From contig OY986948.1 in assembly GCA_963920595.1 (NCBI GenBank), forward strand, positions 1,116,001-1,180,000: DNA of 64,000 bases, given 5' to 3'. Positions within the stretch are counted from its first letter, which is position 1; each line of letters opens with the position of its first letter. The position numbers and the translations under genes are program-made. This DNA comes from Eimeria praecox. Its lineage: Eukaryota. The notes under the pieces were generated by a model, which saw only the letters and a program-made list of their open reading frames with translations, searched no databases and was not told the origin of the DNA. Shown piece after piece: positions 1-17,855 of the stretch.

Positions 1-3090
<3,090 letters not shown>

Positions 3091-3206
3091 CACAACAGCC
3101 TGCAGATATTAGGCTGCTGCTGTTGCTGCTGGTGCTGCTGCTGCTGCAGCAGCAGCATTAGAAGCAACAGCAGGAACGCCGGTAGCACCAGCAGCTACAG
3201 CAGAAG

Positions 3207-3243
<37 letters not shown>

Positions 3244-3389
3244 ACCAGCGGTCCCTGTTGTTGCTGCTGAAGACCGGTGTGCCTTCAGGGGCTGCTGTGT
3301 CATTGGTGTATATGTTGCTGAGGCTGTTAAGCTCCTGGATGGCTGCAGCAGCAGCTGCTGCTGCTGCAGCTGCTGCAGCAGCTGCAGCA

Positions 3390-3422
<33 letters not shown>

Positions 3423-3623
3423 AGGGTGTATGGGCACTTCGCGCTTAGATTTGGCGCGAGAGTTGCATTGTTGTTTCTTTGTCCGTTATATTTTCTTTTT
3501 TGATTTTACGTAGAGACAATAAAATAAAAAATAAAATAATTATTTATATATTATAGAAAGACATGCAATAACACACACAAAAAAGACAGACGAAAAACAC
3601 AAAGGAATGGTTGTGTATATAAT

Positions 3624-3681
<58 letters not shown>

Positions 3682-3718
3682 CAGCCAAAGCCCTACAAAT
3701 GCCGCAGCAGCTTTGTGT

Positions 3719-3730
3719 TGCATGCATGCA
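3719..3730. promoter_or_regulatory. TGCATGCA palindromic octamer (tandem here); further copies e.g. at 8598, 9592 and about 47003
   Basis: Seen directly; a known over-represented non-coding apicomplexan motif bound by some ApiAP2 domains. Function at these sites is not demonstrable from sequence. Confidence 0.4.
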
Positions 3731-3807
3731 GAATGGATTAGGGGAAGGGAAGATAAGTTGTGTAATTTCTTTCTTTTTTGACTCTAAGGATTTAAAAAAG
3801 AAGTAGG

Positions 3808-3902
3808 AGAGAGCAGAAACAGACAGAGAGACAGAGAAAGAGAGAGAGAGAGAGAAACAGAGAAAGAGAGAGACAGGCATAGAGACAGAGACAGACGGAG
3901 AC

Positions 3903-3957
<55 letters not shown>

Positions 3958-3999
3958 CAGCGACAGATAGAGATAGGCTCAGAGAGAAGACAGATAGAA
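3808..3999. repeat. GA/GACA-rich microsatellite
   Basis: Direct reading of (GA)n and GAGACA units. Confidence 0.85.
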
Positions 4000-4424
4000 A
4001 ATAAAGTTGAATTGTATTGGGATGGCCTTCTATAAGCAAGCAGCAGCAGCAGCAAAACAGCAGTTGCGAGGGTCTCTGTCAGCTACTATTTATATTAATA
4101 TAATCTAAATAAAACATATTATCTATATTATAACGCATGCTTCTATTTAAATACAAACAGCAACAAAACAACAACAGGAAAGTTGTGTTTGTGGTTTGTG
4201 TATAATACAATGCTGCTGTACTTCCTCTCTTTTAGGGTGTATTGACAGCAGCAATCTGCTGCAGCAGCAATCTGCTGCAGCAACAATCTGCTGCTGCAGC
4301 AAGCTGCTGCAGCACAGCAGCACTTCTCTGTTTGAGGCTGTTGCCTGCGTTGCAGGTTAACTTAAGCTAACAAACAGGGGATAAGAAAATATACTTGAAC
4401 CCCTTCAATGCTTCTAAAGTACCC

Positions 4425-4523
<99 letters not shown>

Positions 4524-5293
4524 TGCTCAGCTATAGAGGGTAGCCGTGCAAGGAATCCTGCATGTGTTTTTCGTCTTCTTTTCGGTTTATGTTTGGCGTT
4601 CTTAGCTTTCAAAGTTTTTGTGAGTATTTTGTTTGTTTATAATGAGAAATAAACAATTATATTAAGAGAAGGAGGGAGAGTGTTGCTGCGATCCCCCCAT
4701 AAGAAGACATCCCCAGCATTCTTCTTTAATAAAAACACAAATAAATAATTATTTAATACAACTTTATCTTTATTTACTATACTTTGTCTTTCATAGAAAC
4801 ACAACAACATGAAACTCATGTGTGTGTGTGTGTCTAGCTATACAAGTAGTGCGGCAGCAATTATGGCAGTAGGCATATCCATTAGAAGCATAAAGAGAGT
4901 AGAATATGAGTTTTTATTCATAAAATACATTCAAGAATACAAATTCAAGTGTATATACACCTAAAGACTCCTTCACCACGTCGCTGCAGGCCGAGAGAAG
5001 TGGTCTGGGCGGCCGCGGAGGGCAGGGCTACCAATGACGCAACATGTAATATAAAGTTTATTTTATGTTTCTTTTTGTTTTTATTTGTTTATTTCGATTA
5101 AGAACAAACAATTATTATTGCTTTCGATTCTCTTGTTGTTGCCATGCATGCCTTCATAGCTGCACTAGGAGGGTAGTAGCTTCCTTCTGTCTGTAGTATG
5201 TAACTCGCCGCTCTCGCTGCTCCATCGTTTGGTTTTTCCTTGCTTTTCATTCTGCCTCCTTCTGGGCCTTTGTGTTAGAGTATTTAATATCAA

Positions 5294-6228
5294 ATGCAAC
5301 CATTCAAACCCTCGGGTTTTGTTGGGGGCCCAGCTTCTTCATGTGAGGCGCCGCCTGTTTGGAAGGGGCCCCCAAACCCTGTCGACAAATACCGTCGATT
5401 CAGCGAAATACCCTCCCCTTCGCCTGTAGGGGGCCCCCCTGTCCTCCCTCCTACTGGCATATATGCAGAGACAGGCCCTCCACCCCACTGGAATGCGATG
5501 CCATGCTGCGGGCCCCCTCCTGCGCCCCCAGGACCACCGGGGCCCCCTCATAGGGGGCCCCCTGCAACTTGGGGCCCCCCAGCTGACGGTATCAACACGC
5601 GACCAGCACCACCACCTGCCTTCATGCCGCAGGAGTTTCACAAGGAGGCCCCAGGAAATCGTAGGGATGGGGGGGGCCCTGGGGGCCCCCCTTTTCAGTG
5701 CCCTCCTCCCTGTCCACCCCAGCGGCCGTGGGAAGGGCCTCAGGACCCTTCAGGAGGTAGACGTAATCTCCGTTTGTCGGGGCCCCGTCCAGGGGGGCCC
5801 CCTAAGGGCAGAGGCCCACCCCCGGTGCACAGGGGGGGGCCCCATCCCCTCGTAGCTGGTGGGGGGAGTCGGTGGCAGCCTATGAACGACAGCCCGCTGT
5901 CTGGAGAGCTGCAGCCACACTCAATATCGAAGGGAGAGACTCCTTGGGGCCCCCCACCTTTAACTTACGACAGTGCGCAGCAGCAAAGGGGAGGACACGG
6001 TGGGGGGGGAGCAGGGGGTCATGGGGGGCCCCCTCAGGGGCCCCCAGGGGCCCCGCGCCCTTCCTATAGACCCCCACCGCCATCACCTCAAACAGCAGAA
6101 CCACACTTTGGTAGACTTGTTCATGATGGGGGCCCCAGAGAGACGGGCCAAGGAGGCCCCTCGGGGGGGGGGCCCGGACCGCGGCCTCGGCGGATGCGGG
6201 GGGGTGGCTACGCGCCGGAGTGCGAAGA

Positions 6229-6279
<51 letters not shown>

Positions 6280-7347
6280 CAACAACGGCAGCTGCAGCAT
6301 GCCCCCAGGGCCCCCGCCTCCACCTCCGGGCCCTGGCGTAGAGAGAGGGGACGACTTGGGCGGCCCCAACCCCATGTTCCTGGGGGCCCCTGAAAACGGG
6401 GCCTCGAGGGGCCCCCCTGGGGCTATCCCCAGCATGGGGAGGCCTATGTGGGGTAGCAGGGCATCAGCAGAAGCTGCTGCAGCAGAAGCAGCAGCAGCAG
6501 CAGTAAGTCGATGCATCGCGAGCGGCACGATATCTCAACAGCTTCTGTCTTTTCCTTCTCCCGTTCCCCCTGCTGCAGACCAGGGTCCAAGTGGTGGTGT
6601 GGGGCCCCGAGAGGGGCCCCCACCACTGCTGCAGGGGCCCCCTTATGGGCCCCCTCAGGGTTTTTCAGGGCCGGTAGGAGAGGGGGGGGAGGCCAGGGCC
6701 TCAGGGCCCCCATCTGCTCGTCCAAGGGGCCCCCCAGGCCCTCGTCCTCGTACAGGGGGCCCCAGTGGGGGGATTGCTGCATCCGAGTTTGGATCTTCCG
6801 ATAGCAGGCTGCCTCCGGGGCCCCCACCCCCTGTCAGGGGCCCAGGGCCCTCGGGGCCCCCAGGGGGCCCCTTGGGGGCCCCCAGACACTTAGATGGCAT
6901 TCCTGCATCGGAGGCCTCCTTTCAACCCCCCAGGCAAACCAATGATGTTCCTCCTTTCGGTGCGATGGCTTTGCAGCAGCAGCAGCAGCAGCAACAGCAG
7001 CAACAGCAGCATCAGCATCAGCGGCAACCGATGCAGCAACAGCAGCAGCAGCAACCGCGGGGGCCGCAGCAGCAGCAGCACTTCCCGCCTCCTACACCAG
7101 ATGGGGAAGGCCCTGTTAACCCGATTCTCTCAAATGAAGCAGCAATGCAGCTGCTGCTGCTAGTTGCAAACCCGCAGCTGCAGCAGCAGCAACAGCAGCA
7201 GCAGAACCTAGCGCCTGGTTTAAACATACCCCAGGCTGGCAGCATCATTCCTGCTGCTTGCCCGCCTCCGCCGCAGCAGCAGCAGCAGCAACATGCAGTG
7301 TCAGAGGCGTTGCTTCAAGGGCTTGCAATGGGTGCGCAGCTGCAGAT

Positions 7348-7379
<32 letters not shown>

Positions 7380-7735
7380 GCCCCGCTGCTGCGGCGGCCA
7401 ATCCTTTGGCTACGCTGGGGGCCCCACAGCAGCGGCTGGCTCTGCTGGAGTCGTTGAGCTCTGCAGCAACAGCAGCAGCTGCTGCTATCCGCAGCAATCC
7501 TGCTGCCGGTGTATCGCAAAGCACAGAAGCAGCGATGCTGCAGCTGCAGCAGCAGCTGCAGCAGCAGCAAAACCCTGCGGCGTTGCAGGCGCTCTTCTCG
7601 TTGCAGCAGGCTATGCAAGTTGCGTCTCCTGCAGCATTGCAGCAGCAGCAGCCGCTGCAACAGCAGCAACATGTGCTGCAGAAACCGGCCCTGCTGCAGC
7701 AGCAGCAGCAGGCGCCGCAGGCCTCTCCTTTCCTA

Positions 7736-7766
<31 letters not shown>

Positions 7767-7920
7767 CAGCTCCACAAACTACCATACAGCCGCAGCACTT
7801 AGTAGGGACGCTACCGGGGCAGCAGCTGCAGCAGCAGCAGCAGCAGCATCCAGGTGCGCCCGCCACTGGCGATGTGCGGGCTACGTATGAACGGGGTTTC
7901 CTGCCTGAGGCTCAACAGCG

Positions 7921-7959
<39 letters not shown>

Positions 7960-8102
7960 GCAGCAACAGCAGCAACAGCAGACAGAGCAACAGCCTCAGC
8001 TGCAAGGCTACGGACGGATTAAGAACTCGGTGAGATGGCATTTGTATGTTTATTTGTTTGAAAATTAAATTTCCATCATCAGCAGCAACATAAGTAGCAG
8101 CA

Positions 8103-8153
<51 letters not shown>

Positions 8154-8499
8154 CATGCAGGAGCATGTATTGTTGTTGCTATTTGTTTTGTTTATTGTTT
8201 GTGTCTGGCGTTGCAGCTGCTGCTGGAGCTGTCGAGAGTGCCCGAGAGGCTGCTAGATCCGCAGGAGAATGACGCAGCTCATACTTGGTGTTATCTAGAT
8301 GCTTTCAACAAGGCAGGACGCCCTGTGTTTTTATGTTTATCTTTTATATTTATATTTTATCTTAGGATTTTATCTTTAGCTTTAGTTTTTATCTCTAGCT
8401 GTTTATTGTATGCATGCGTCAGTTCTCTGATGCTGTAGCCGTCGTTTGTGGTTTTAATCGAGACGTGTAGACGTATAGAAATAGATAAATAAGTAGATA

Positions 8500-8535
<36 letters not shown>

Positions 8536-8889
8536 CCTATATCTATATATATTTATTGATATTTATATTTTTATATTTATATTTATATTTTAGCGTATGC
8601 ATGCATATATGCGGATATGTTTTTCTTTTTTGTATATCTGTGTTGTATGTTTGTGATGCAGTGTCAAGGGCCGTTTTCAACATTGACGATGCTACAGTGG
8701 CTGGAGTTGGGGTATTTTGATGCTACTAGGCCTCTTCGTCGTGATGATGAGAAAGGCTTTACTCCTTTACATGATGGTTCACGTATTAAGAAAGCAGCAA
8801 AAGATATTGTGCTTTCAGCGCGAAGTCAGAAACATGTACGACGTCATCAAGATCATTTCAAATGTTTTTCTATGTTTATTTATTCTTGA
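5294..8889 (+). CDS. Pro/Gly/Gln-rich low-complexity protein with a C-terminal GYF domain. Exons 5294-8029, 8217-8312, 8662-(8889 or spliced further); 3' end uncertain
   Basis: Long first exon ends at TCG|GTGAGA. Joining 8217-8312 to 8662 gives TWCYLDAFNK-CQGPFSTLTMLQWLELGYF, matching the GYF consensus W-x-Y-x-D...QGPF-x4-M-x2-W-x3-GYF. This join needs a GC donor at 8313. Confidence 0.8.
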
Positions 8890-9347
8890 GGTTTCTAGTG
8901 TTGTGTTGTCGGGTTGGTAATAGTCCTTCCTTGCTTTTGTTTGTGGCTGGGGAGCCCTTCTGTTGTCCTCTTTAGTAAACATATTATATTCTTTCTTTCT
9001 TCATCTGCATGGAGTTAGATTGATGCTGTAGGTTACGTTCTCGTGTTTGTCCTCCTTCCCCTACTTCAGTTTTTGTGGTTTTATTTGGTCTTATTTGCTC
9101 TTATTTCCATGAAGTTTAATATATTTTGCATGCACATTATTTCTACTTGCAATAAGCAACATAAAAACAGTTGTGGGAGGGAACGACCGCAGTTATCTGA
9201 ACTCATGCATGCATTTGGTCGTGGAGTGATATAAAATATTTATTGCATGTGTATGTACACTGTAAAATAATAATAATAATAGCAGATTTGTTGATGGGTA
9301 GAGAGGTAAAGGGATATGTTTGTGAGGTTTGTTGCTCTTCCCTGCAG

Positions 9348-9919
9348 AAGGCATCCCCGGAAACATTAGAGTACCAAAGGCCGGCGTAAGTCTTCTTTAG
9401 GTGTATGTCTGTACAGCAGAAATAAAGTGTTAAATATATGAAAGAAAGACAGAAAAGCGAAAGAAATGCTCAGTTTGATCGTAAACCACAGCAGGCATAG
9501 ATAGACTTGACCGCGGTGCAGACGTCGACTCAGGGAGAACTAACTTCGTTTATTTGTTTATTTATACGTTTGAGTGCATACTATGCAAGCTTGCATGCAC
9601 GCATGCAGAAGAATAGGCTGCGAGGATAGACCCGTGTTTTGCGTATTCTATTGGAGCTTCTTTTGTATTTTGTTCTGTGTTTGCTGCAGCCTCTCGTTGC
9701 AGGCGAAGGTGCAGTCGGCCCAGGCGGCGCTGGCTCCTCTCTATGTACTGGCGAAAAAGGTGAGGTGTTAGGGTTTGCATGCAGCATTAGATAAACCTCG
9801 TTGAGGTGTGTTGAGTTCATCATTTGCAGCAGGTATGCGTTGGAACGGCTATGTGTACAGGACAGGGGAAGGCCTGGAACCCCGTCGAGTCGCAACGAGA
9901 AGAGACGGAGGATGTAGCG

Positions 9920-10016
<97 letters not shown>

Positions 10017-10080
10017 TGGGCTTCTATTATGAATGACGAGACGGTGGAGGGTTCCATACGCCTGTATGTATGTATGTATG

Positions 10081-10114
<34 letters not shown>

Positions 10115-10420
10115 TGTAGGCGGCTAATGAATATGCATCCACATCTGTTGTGAATTGCACAGGTGTCGTTGTTTTGAGCTTTCAATTGGGATTGCGTGTT
10201 GCAATGGCGTAGTAGTATATGCTGTTGGGGTCGGAGCATGTGCATGCATGTCCTCTGTGAGGTGTACGGTGAATCAAAAGTGTTCACTGGGATGAATGCA
10301 TATGATATAAAACTGACAGAGGAAAGAAAGGGAAAGGCAGTTTGCCTCCTTAGCCATCGCAGCGCCGATTGCTTGCGGCGGTGGCGGTGCATTGCACAGG
10401 AGCCCGAAACATCGCCCTAG
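9348..10420 (+). CDS. Probable further small exons (about 9348-9385, 9690-9759, 9830-9913, 10163-10209, 10263-10335, 10400-10420), either the GYF gene's C-terminus or a separate small gene
   Basis: Short AG...GT-bounded blocks. The first two join in phase ([36 protein letters not shown]); a later block reads [25 protein letters not shown]. No family recognised. Confidence 0.4.
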
Positions 10421-10693
10421 CAGACTTTCTATGTACGCATGCGCACGTGTGCAGATATATATATCCATTTGCACGAATATTGCACGCCTATATATTTTAT
10501 ACATGTTCCTACACATATGTGACTACTCTATATATCTTATATATACACAAAATCGCGGCGTTGTCATCAGCAGTGGCTCAACGGCTTCATTGTTTTGTTA
10601 GGCTCATAGCCCTTTTGCAAATGCAGTTAGGGCTGGGCTTTGGCACCGCGCGAAGACAACGCGAAGAATAAATAATCCGTGAAGGAAGTTGGT

Positions 10694-13110
<2,417 letters not shown>

Positions 13111-13922
13111 CTTCTTGGTTTTTGTCTTGATATGCTCAGAAATACAAGTGAATGAACTTGAATATAGCAATGAACGCCAAAACGCCTGGGGGTGTTCCGG
13201 TTGCAGACAGATGGCAGATGGTGGAGCGGATGCGGAGTGGCTCTGGCGCGGCTGGGAACTCCACGCAGGTGCTTCCTCCTTAAGGCAAACACAATATTCG
13301 TGAATATAAACACAATGAAAGCACTAATAAACAAGAAGACACAGGAGAAGAGAATGGCTGCCCTCAAACAGCCCATCACGCTCAACCCCACCGCTCTACA
13401 CACCGGTGGCCCCAGGAAGCCAACACAGGCGTAAATTTGGGAACAGTTGCTTCTAATGCCATTTTAAAGTAGATTTTTGTCTGTTTTTTCACCTAAGAGG
13501 CCACGAATGCGGCAAAGGAATCACTCGCTTGGGGGATCTGGCACGATTCTGCTCATTCATCCTGGGGGGCCCTCCAAGACAAACTGCCTCACAGATTCCT
13601 GCTACATCATTTCCTCCTCAAACGAATCCGAATCCAAATAAAGCAAAAGAAGGCTCTATTTCAGAGTTGGGGAACCAGCAAGGAGCCTCCTTTTCCCTCA
13701 ACTGCAGTGACAGGACAGCGGTATCGGTGTTGCCTCATGGGTGGCGTATCGTCAGTGGTGTTTTCTTCCGCATGCTTTCGACAGCAAAGGCCGGTTGCAG
13801 ATGCATGTTAAAGTGCTCTAGGGCGGCTTAGGCGGCGCACAGTTGGCACTTGCTGCTGCCCGTAGCCCCTGGTGGCGGTGATTAGTTTTGTTTTCTCTCA
13901 GTTAGCTAGCTAGCTACGGCTC

Positions 13923-16900
13923 ATGGAATTCGGGCTTTCAGATGAACGCCTACGGACGGCCATTCGCCTCAGCAACGAGGCAGCGGCTAAGGACTCAGCG
14001 GGCCATCTGCCGGAGGCATTCGAGCTGTACAAACGTGCCCTAGAGAATTGGAGGGTCGTCTGCAAATGTAAGACAAATTCATGCCAAGTGTCCGGGAGAT
14101 GTTTAGCTTTTCAGTACAGGCTTTCACGTTATTAGTGCTTGCTTTAAATGCTTTCTAGGGTATTGAGTTCGATGTTTGGGGGCCTCGGGTGTAAGCTGAG
14201 CAGCTTGGCGGGTCAGCACAAATTTCAAATTTTTGTGTCGTATCTCTGCCACGGCAGCTTGGGGTGGAAAGGTTACGGTACCTGGGCGTCTCTGATTTTC
14301 CCTTTTGTTTCATTCATCTGCATTAGAATCAAAGTGATTCCTAGCAGCCTATGCTTGTGTTTGTTTCCTTATCTTCTGATGTGCGATGCCGGGTCTGTCT
14401 GCATTACGACAGTTCAGCAGAATCCTACTCTAAGGGAGCGACTGTACAGACGGATGGACGACTACATAACTCGAGCAGAGCAGCTGAAGCAGCTTCTTCG
14501 TCAGGGTTCGGCTTCGCATTTACAGCAGCGTTTGCTTCTCTACACAGCCTCGCCCCCGAAACCTCCTGGCCGCAACTCAACTCCCGCAGCTGCGGTGGTC
14601 ACTCCCCTTTCCCGATCCCCAGCATCTCCCTCTTTTCATGGCACACCTGCCAACGCCTCTGCAACAGACAGTACAGGAACCACCGTCAAGTCCGATGCAG
14701 ACGCTGCTGAGGGGGAGCGCATAAAGCTAAAGCTGGCGCGTGAGAGTCTTTAAGCCCTACTTTCTGACACAGTAATATCCCATGAAAACGGAACTCAGTG
14801 CAGTAATGGAGGAGTGTTTTGCTGGTTTTCTTTGATATTCAGATGCAATCCTGACTGAGAAACCAAACTTCAGATGGTCAGATGTCGCAGGTAAGCAACC
14901 GCTACGTCATAGCATAAAAGGCTTTCAGACAGGGTATAATACACTACATAGAGGGAACTGAGGGTCTAGGGCATGCACTGATGAATTGGCATTTCCTTCC
15001 ACTTGTGATCATTAGGTCTGGAGTCGGCGAAAGAAGCCCTGCAAGAAGCCATTATTCTCCCGTCGCGCTTTCCTAGCCTGTTTACTGGTGAGCAGAAGCT
15101 ACAGCAGAGGGAAAAGCAGCACGCTTTGTTTTTTAGAGCCTGAGGTGTACATACACAGCTCTACACAGTTCTTTCCTGGATCTTCAGGCGAAAGAAGACC
15201 TTGGCGAGGCATTCTTCTCTACGGGGTCCGTGCGCTTTCCGCGTTGTACATTCTCTTTGTGGGAACCGAGATGTAGTCTTAATAGCCTGCTGCTGTTGCT
15301 GCAATTGGTGCTACACTCTTTGCCTTTTTCTGGTGCTGGCTGGGGGCTGCACCTGCACCTCTTTACACTGGCTAGTGCTATTTCCATCAATGCGGCATTC
15401 GCTTCAGCCCCCCGGAACAGGAAAGACATTCCTCGCGAAGGCTCTTGCTGCTGAGGCGGATGCAACAATCCTTTCGGGTAAGAGCATTTGTTTGTTGAAA
15501 CCATGGAATGCCCCCGACACTAGCGCGGTATCATTTGTAGCAGATGCTTGGGATGGAGTTGTTGCGCTCCACCACCAACACAGGCCTTCTTCACTTTAGC
15601 CCCCACCCCAAGCATCTGCCCTTCATTTCTGCTTTTCTGCTGGTCTGTCTGCCTGGTGTGCTGCTCGCAGTGTCGGCGGCGGATCTTGTGAGCAAGTGGC
15701 AGGGAGAAAGCGAGAAGTAAGTTGCGCTGAGGACTGTGACTTTAATTCTAGTTGGGGCTTTCGTTGATATAATTCGGGCACCGAAGTGTACAGCCATTGG
15801 AGGTCTAAAGCTGCACGCAGATTCCTCCTCTTTTAATATTAGCAACGCTGGTCTCCTTCATGTGGTTGTATCCAAGTCTAGTTGAGAAACTCTGCTTTCA
15901 TTCCACTGTTGGGAGTGCCAGTTTTGTGTTCTGTTACTGTGGAAGTGCAAAGCTCTGTGAGGGTGGGAAGAGGCTGAGGCTCTTAGCAGCAGTTGTGGGG
16001 GGCATCTGGCTTTCTGGGCTTTCATCTGTTTCTGTTTATTTCGACCTGTAACTCTAGTGCACCATTTGGGTTTTCCCCGATGTCTCACACCAGCTTGACT
16101 GCTGTGTTCTTCGCTGAAATATTCTCCTGCCCTCTGCAGGTTGGTCCGCTCGCTCTTTGAGTTGGCGCGGGAGCGGCGGCCTTCCATAATATTTATAGAC
16201 GAGATAGACTCAATGTGCGGAGGTTCGTCCATGCCCCCTTCTTCCTGCGTCAACATCCCTGCTGTCCCTATGAGAGCGAAAAGAAGTTACTGCAGCGTAT
16301 GCACATATTATATGCTCATATATTTATTGGATGAGCCGATGTGTGCCTTTATATTCCCGGTAGCAAGATACATATTGGGGTAGCATGTGCTTTTGTCGTG
16401 TTTTGGCTTCCAGCCCGCTCGGAAAGCGACAGCGAATCTTCCCGACGCATGAAGACAGAATTTCTGATTCAGATGCAAGGCATTAACTTCGATTTGAGCG
16501 AAGTGCTTGTTCTGGGGGCAACGGTAGGTCCGGCACTCCGGCATCCAGTCCAGCATTTCTAACTTCAGTCAACGCTTTGTGCATAGAGTTGTTGGTAGAG
16601 TTGCTGAGTCTGCGCAGAATACTCCGTGGGCCCTGGACGCTGCTATTCGGCGACGGTAAGCGGCTGCTTTGGTTTACCCATGCCCAGTTCACCAACCTCA
16701 ACGGGTCCTTGCACAAGGAATTAGGGTTTAGGGTTCAGGGTGTCTAGTTGGCGAATCCGCCTTCACGTTTTGCTGGTTTTCTGCGTGCACGCCTGACTCG
16801 AAAATGACCGTTGATGTTAAATGCGGGGTCGCGCAGGTTCGAGAGACGCATTTTTATCCCGCTTCCCAAAGTTCAAGCCAGAGAACAACTGCTTAGATCT

Positions 16901-17855
16901 GGCCTGGGCGGCACCCCCCACCATCTCAAGGATGCCGACTTCCGCCATCTCGCGAGGGAGCTCGAGGGGTCGGTTGCTACGCTTCACTGATTTCTGATGA
17001 ATTGAAAATTTATAGCACCCCTTTTACGAGACAGGGGTAGTGGAGTTGGCAACTAGGGGATCGAAGCAAAACTCCTCGTGAAGGGTAGTATTGACGTAGA
17101 ATGTGATCGTGTTGGGAAACTGTGATGAAAAAATGTCCTAGCTTTTCTTGCCCTGCGGACTACGTATATTTTATACTTTCAGATTTAGCGGCTCTGATAT
17201 TTCGGTTCTGGTTCGGGACGCGCTGTTTGAGCCTATAAGGAGGTGCCGTACAGCGACGGCTTTCAAGCAAGTGATGATTGATGGTCGGGCTTTTTACGTT
17301 CCCTGTCATCCGGGTGAGATGCAAGGATTAAACTTAGCTGTCTTCATAAAGCTTAGAAAGTCCTTGATTCCTACCATTAGAATGCGCCGGTGCTTGTTCT
17401 ATTTACTGAGGTGAAGGAACTTTCGAGAACTGCTGCCTGCTGCAGATGATCCCGACCCAACAACGCGCAAAATGACCTTGATGTCCGTCCCGGCAGATAG
17501 GCTGTTACCAGGCGTTTCTTTGCGTGTCAAGGCTCTAAGTGCGATTGTTTAAAATAATGAATTTCAACTGTTGTGAGCTGAAATGCTGTGCGAATAAACG
17601 CTACAGGAAGACTTCCATTCTGCCATGCGGCACACCCGCCCGTCCGTCAGCCAGGAGGTGAGGCTCTCAGCGCGGCTTCGTTTTATAGCACTTTCGGCCG
17701 CCGACAGACACACGGTGTGTTTGTTCATTTATCGTGGCCAGACTCCCTCTGTTGCCTGCTCGGCTATATCGGGGGACCACACTCGGTGATTTTGCCTTCA
17801 GGACTTGAGGATGCATGTCCATTGGACGGAACAGTTCGGTCTGGAGGGCAGTTAA
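13923..17855 (+). CDS. VPS4: Vacuolar protein sorting 4 (MIT domain plus AAA+ ATPase), about 15 exons
   Basis: MIT-like N-terminus ([22 protein letters not shown]...YITRAEQLK), [45 protein letters not shown] (Walker A), [23 protein letters not shown] (Walker B), [69 protein letters not shown]...WTEQFG; stop 17853-17855. Confidence 0.96.

Noticed and set aside
17505..17530. Apparent GC donor in VPS4
   Set aside because: A canonical GT donor a few codons later ([14 protein letters not shown]) gives the correct phase
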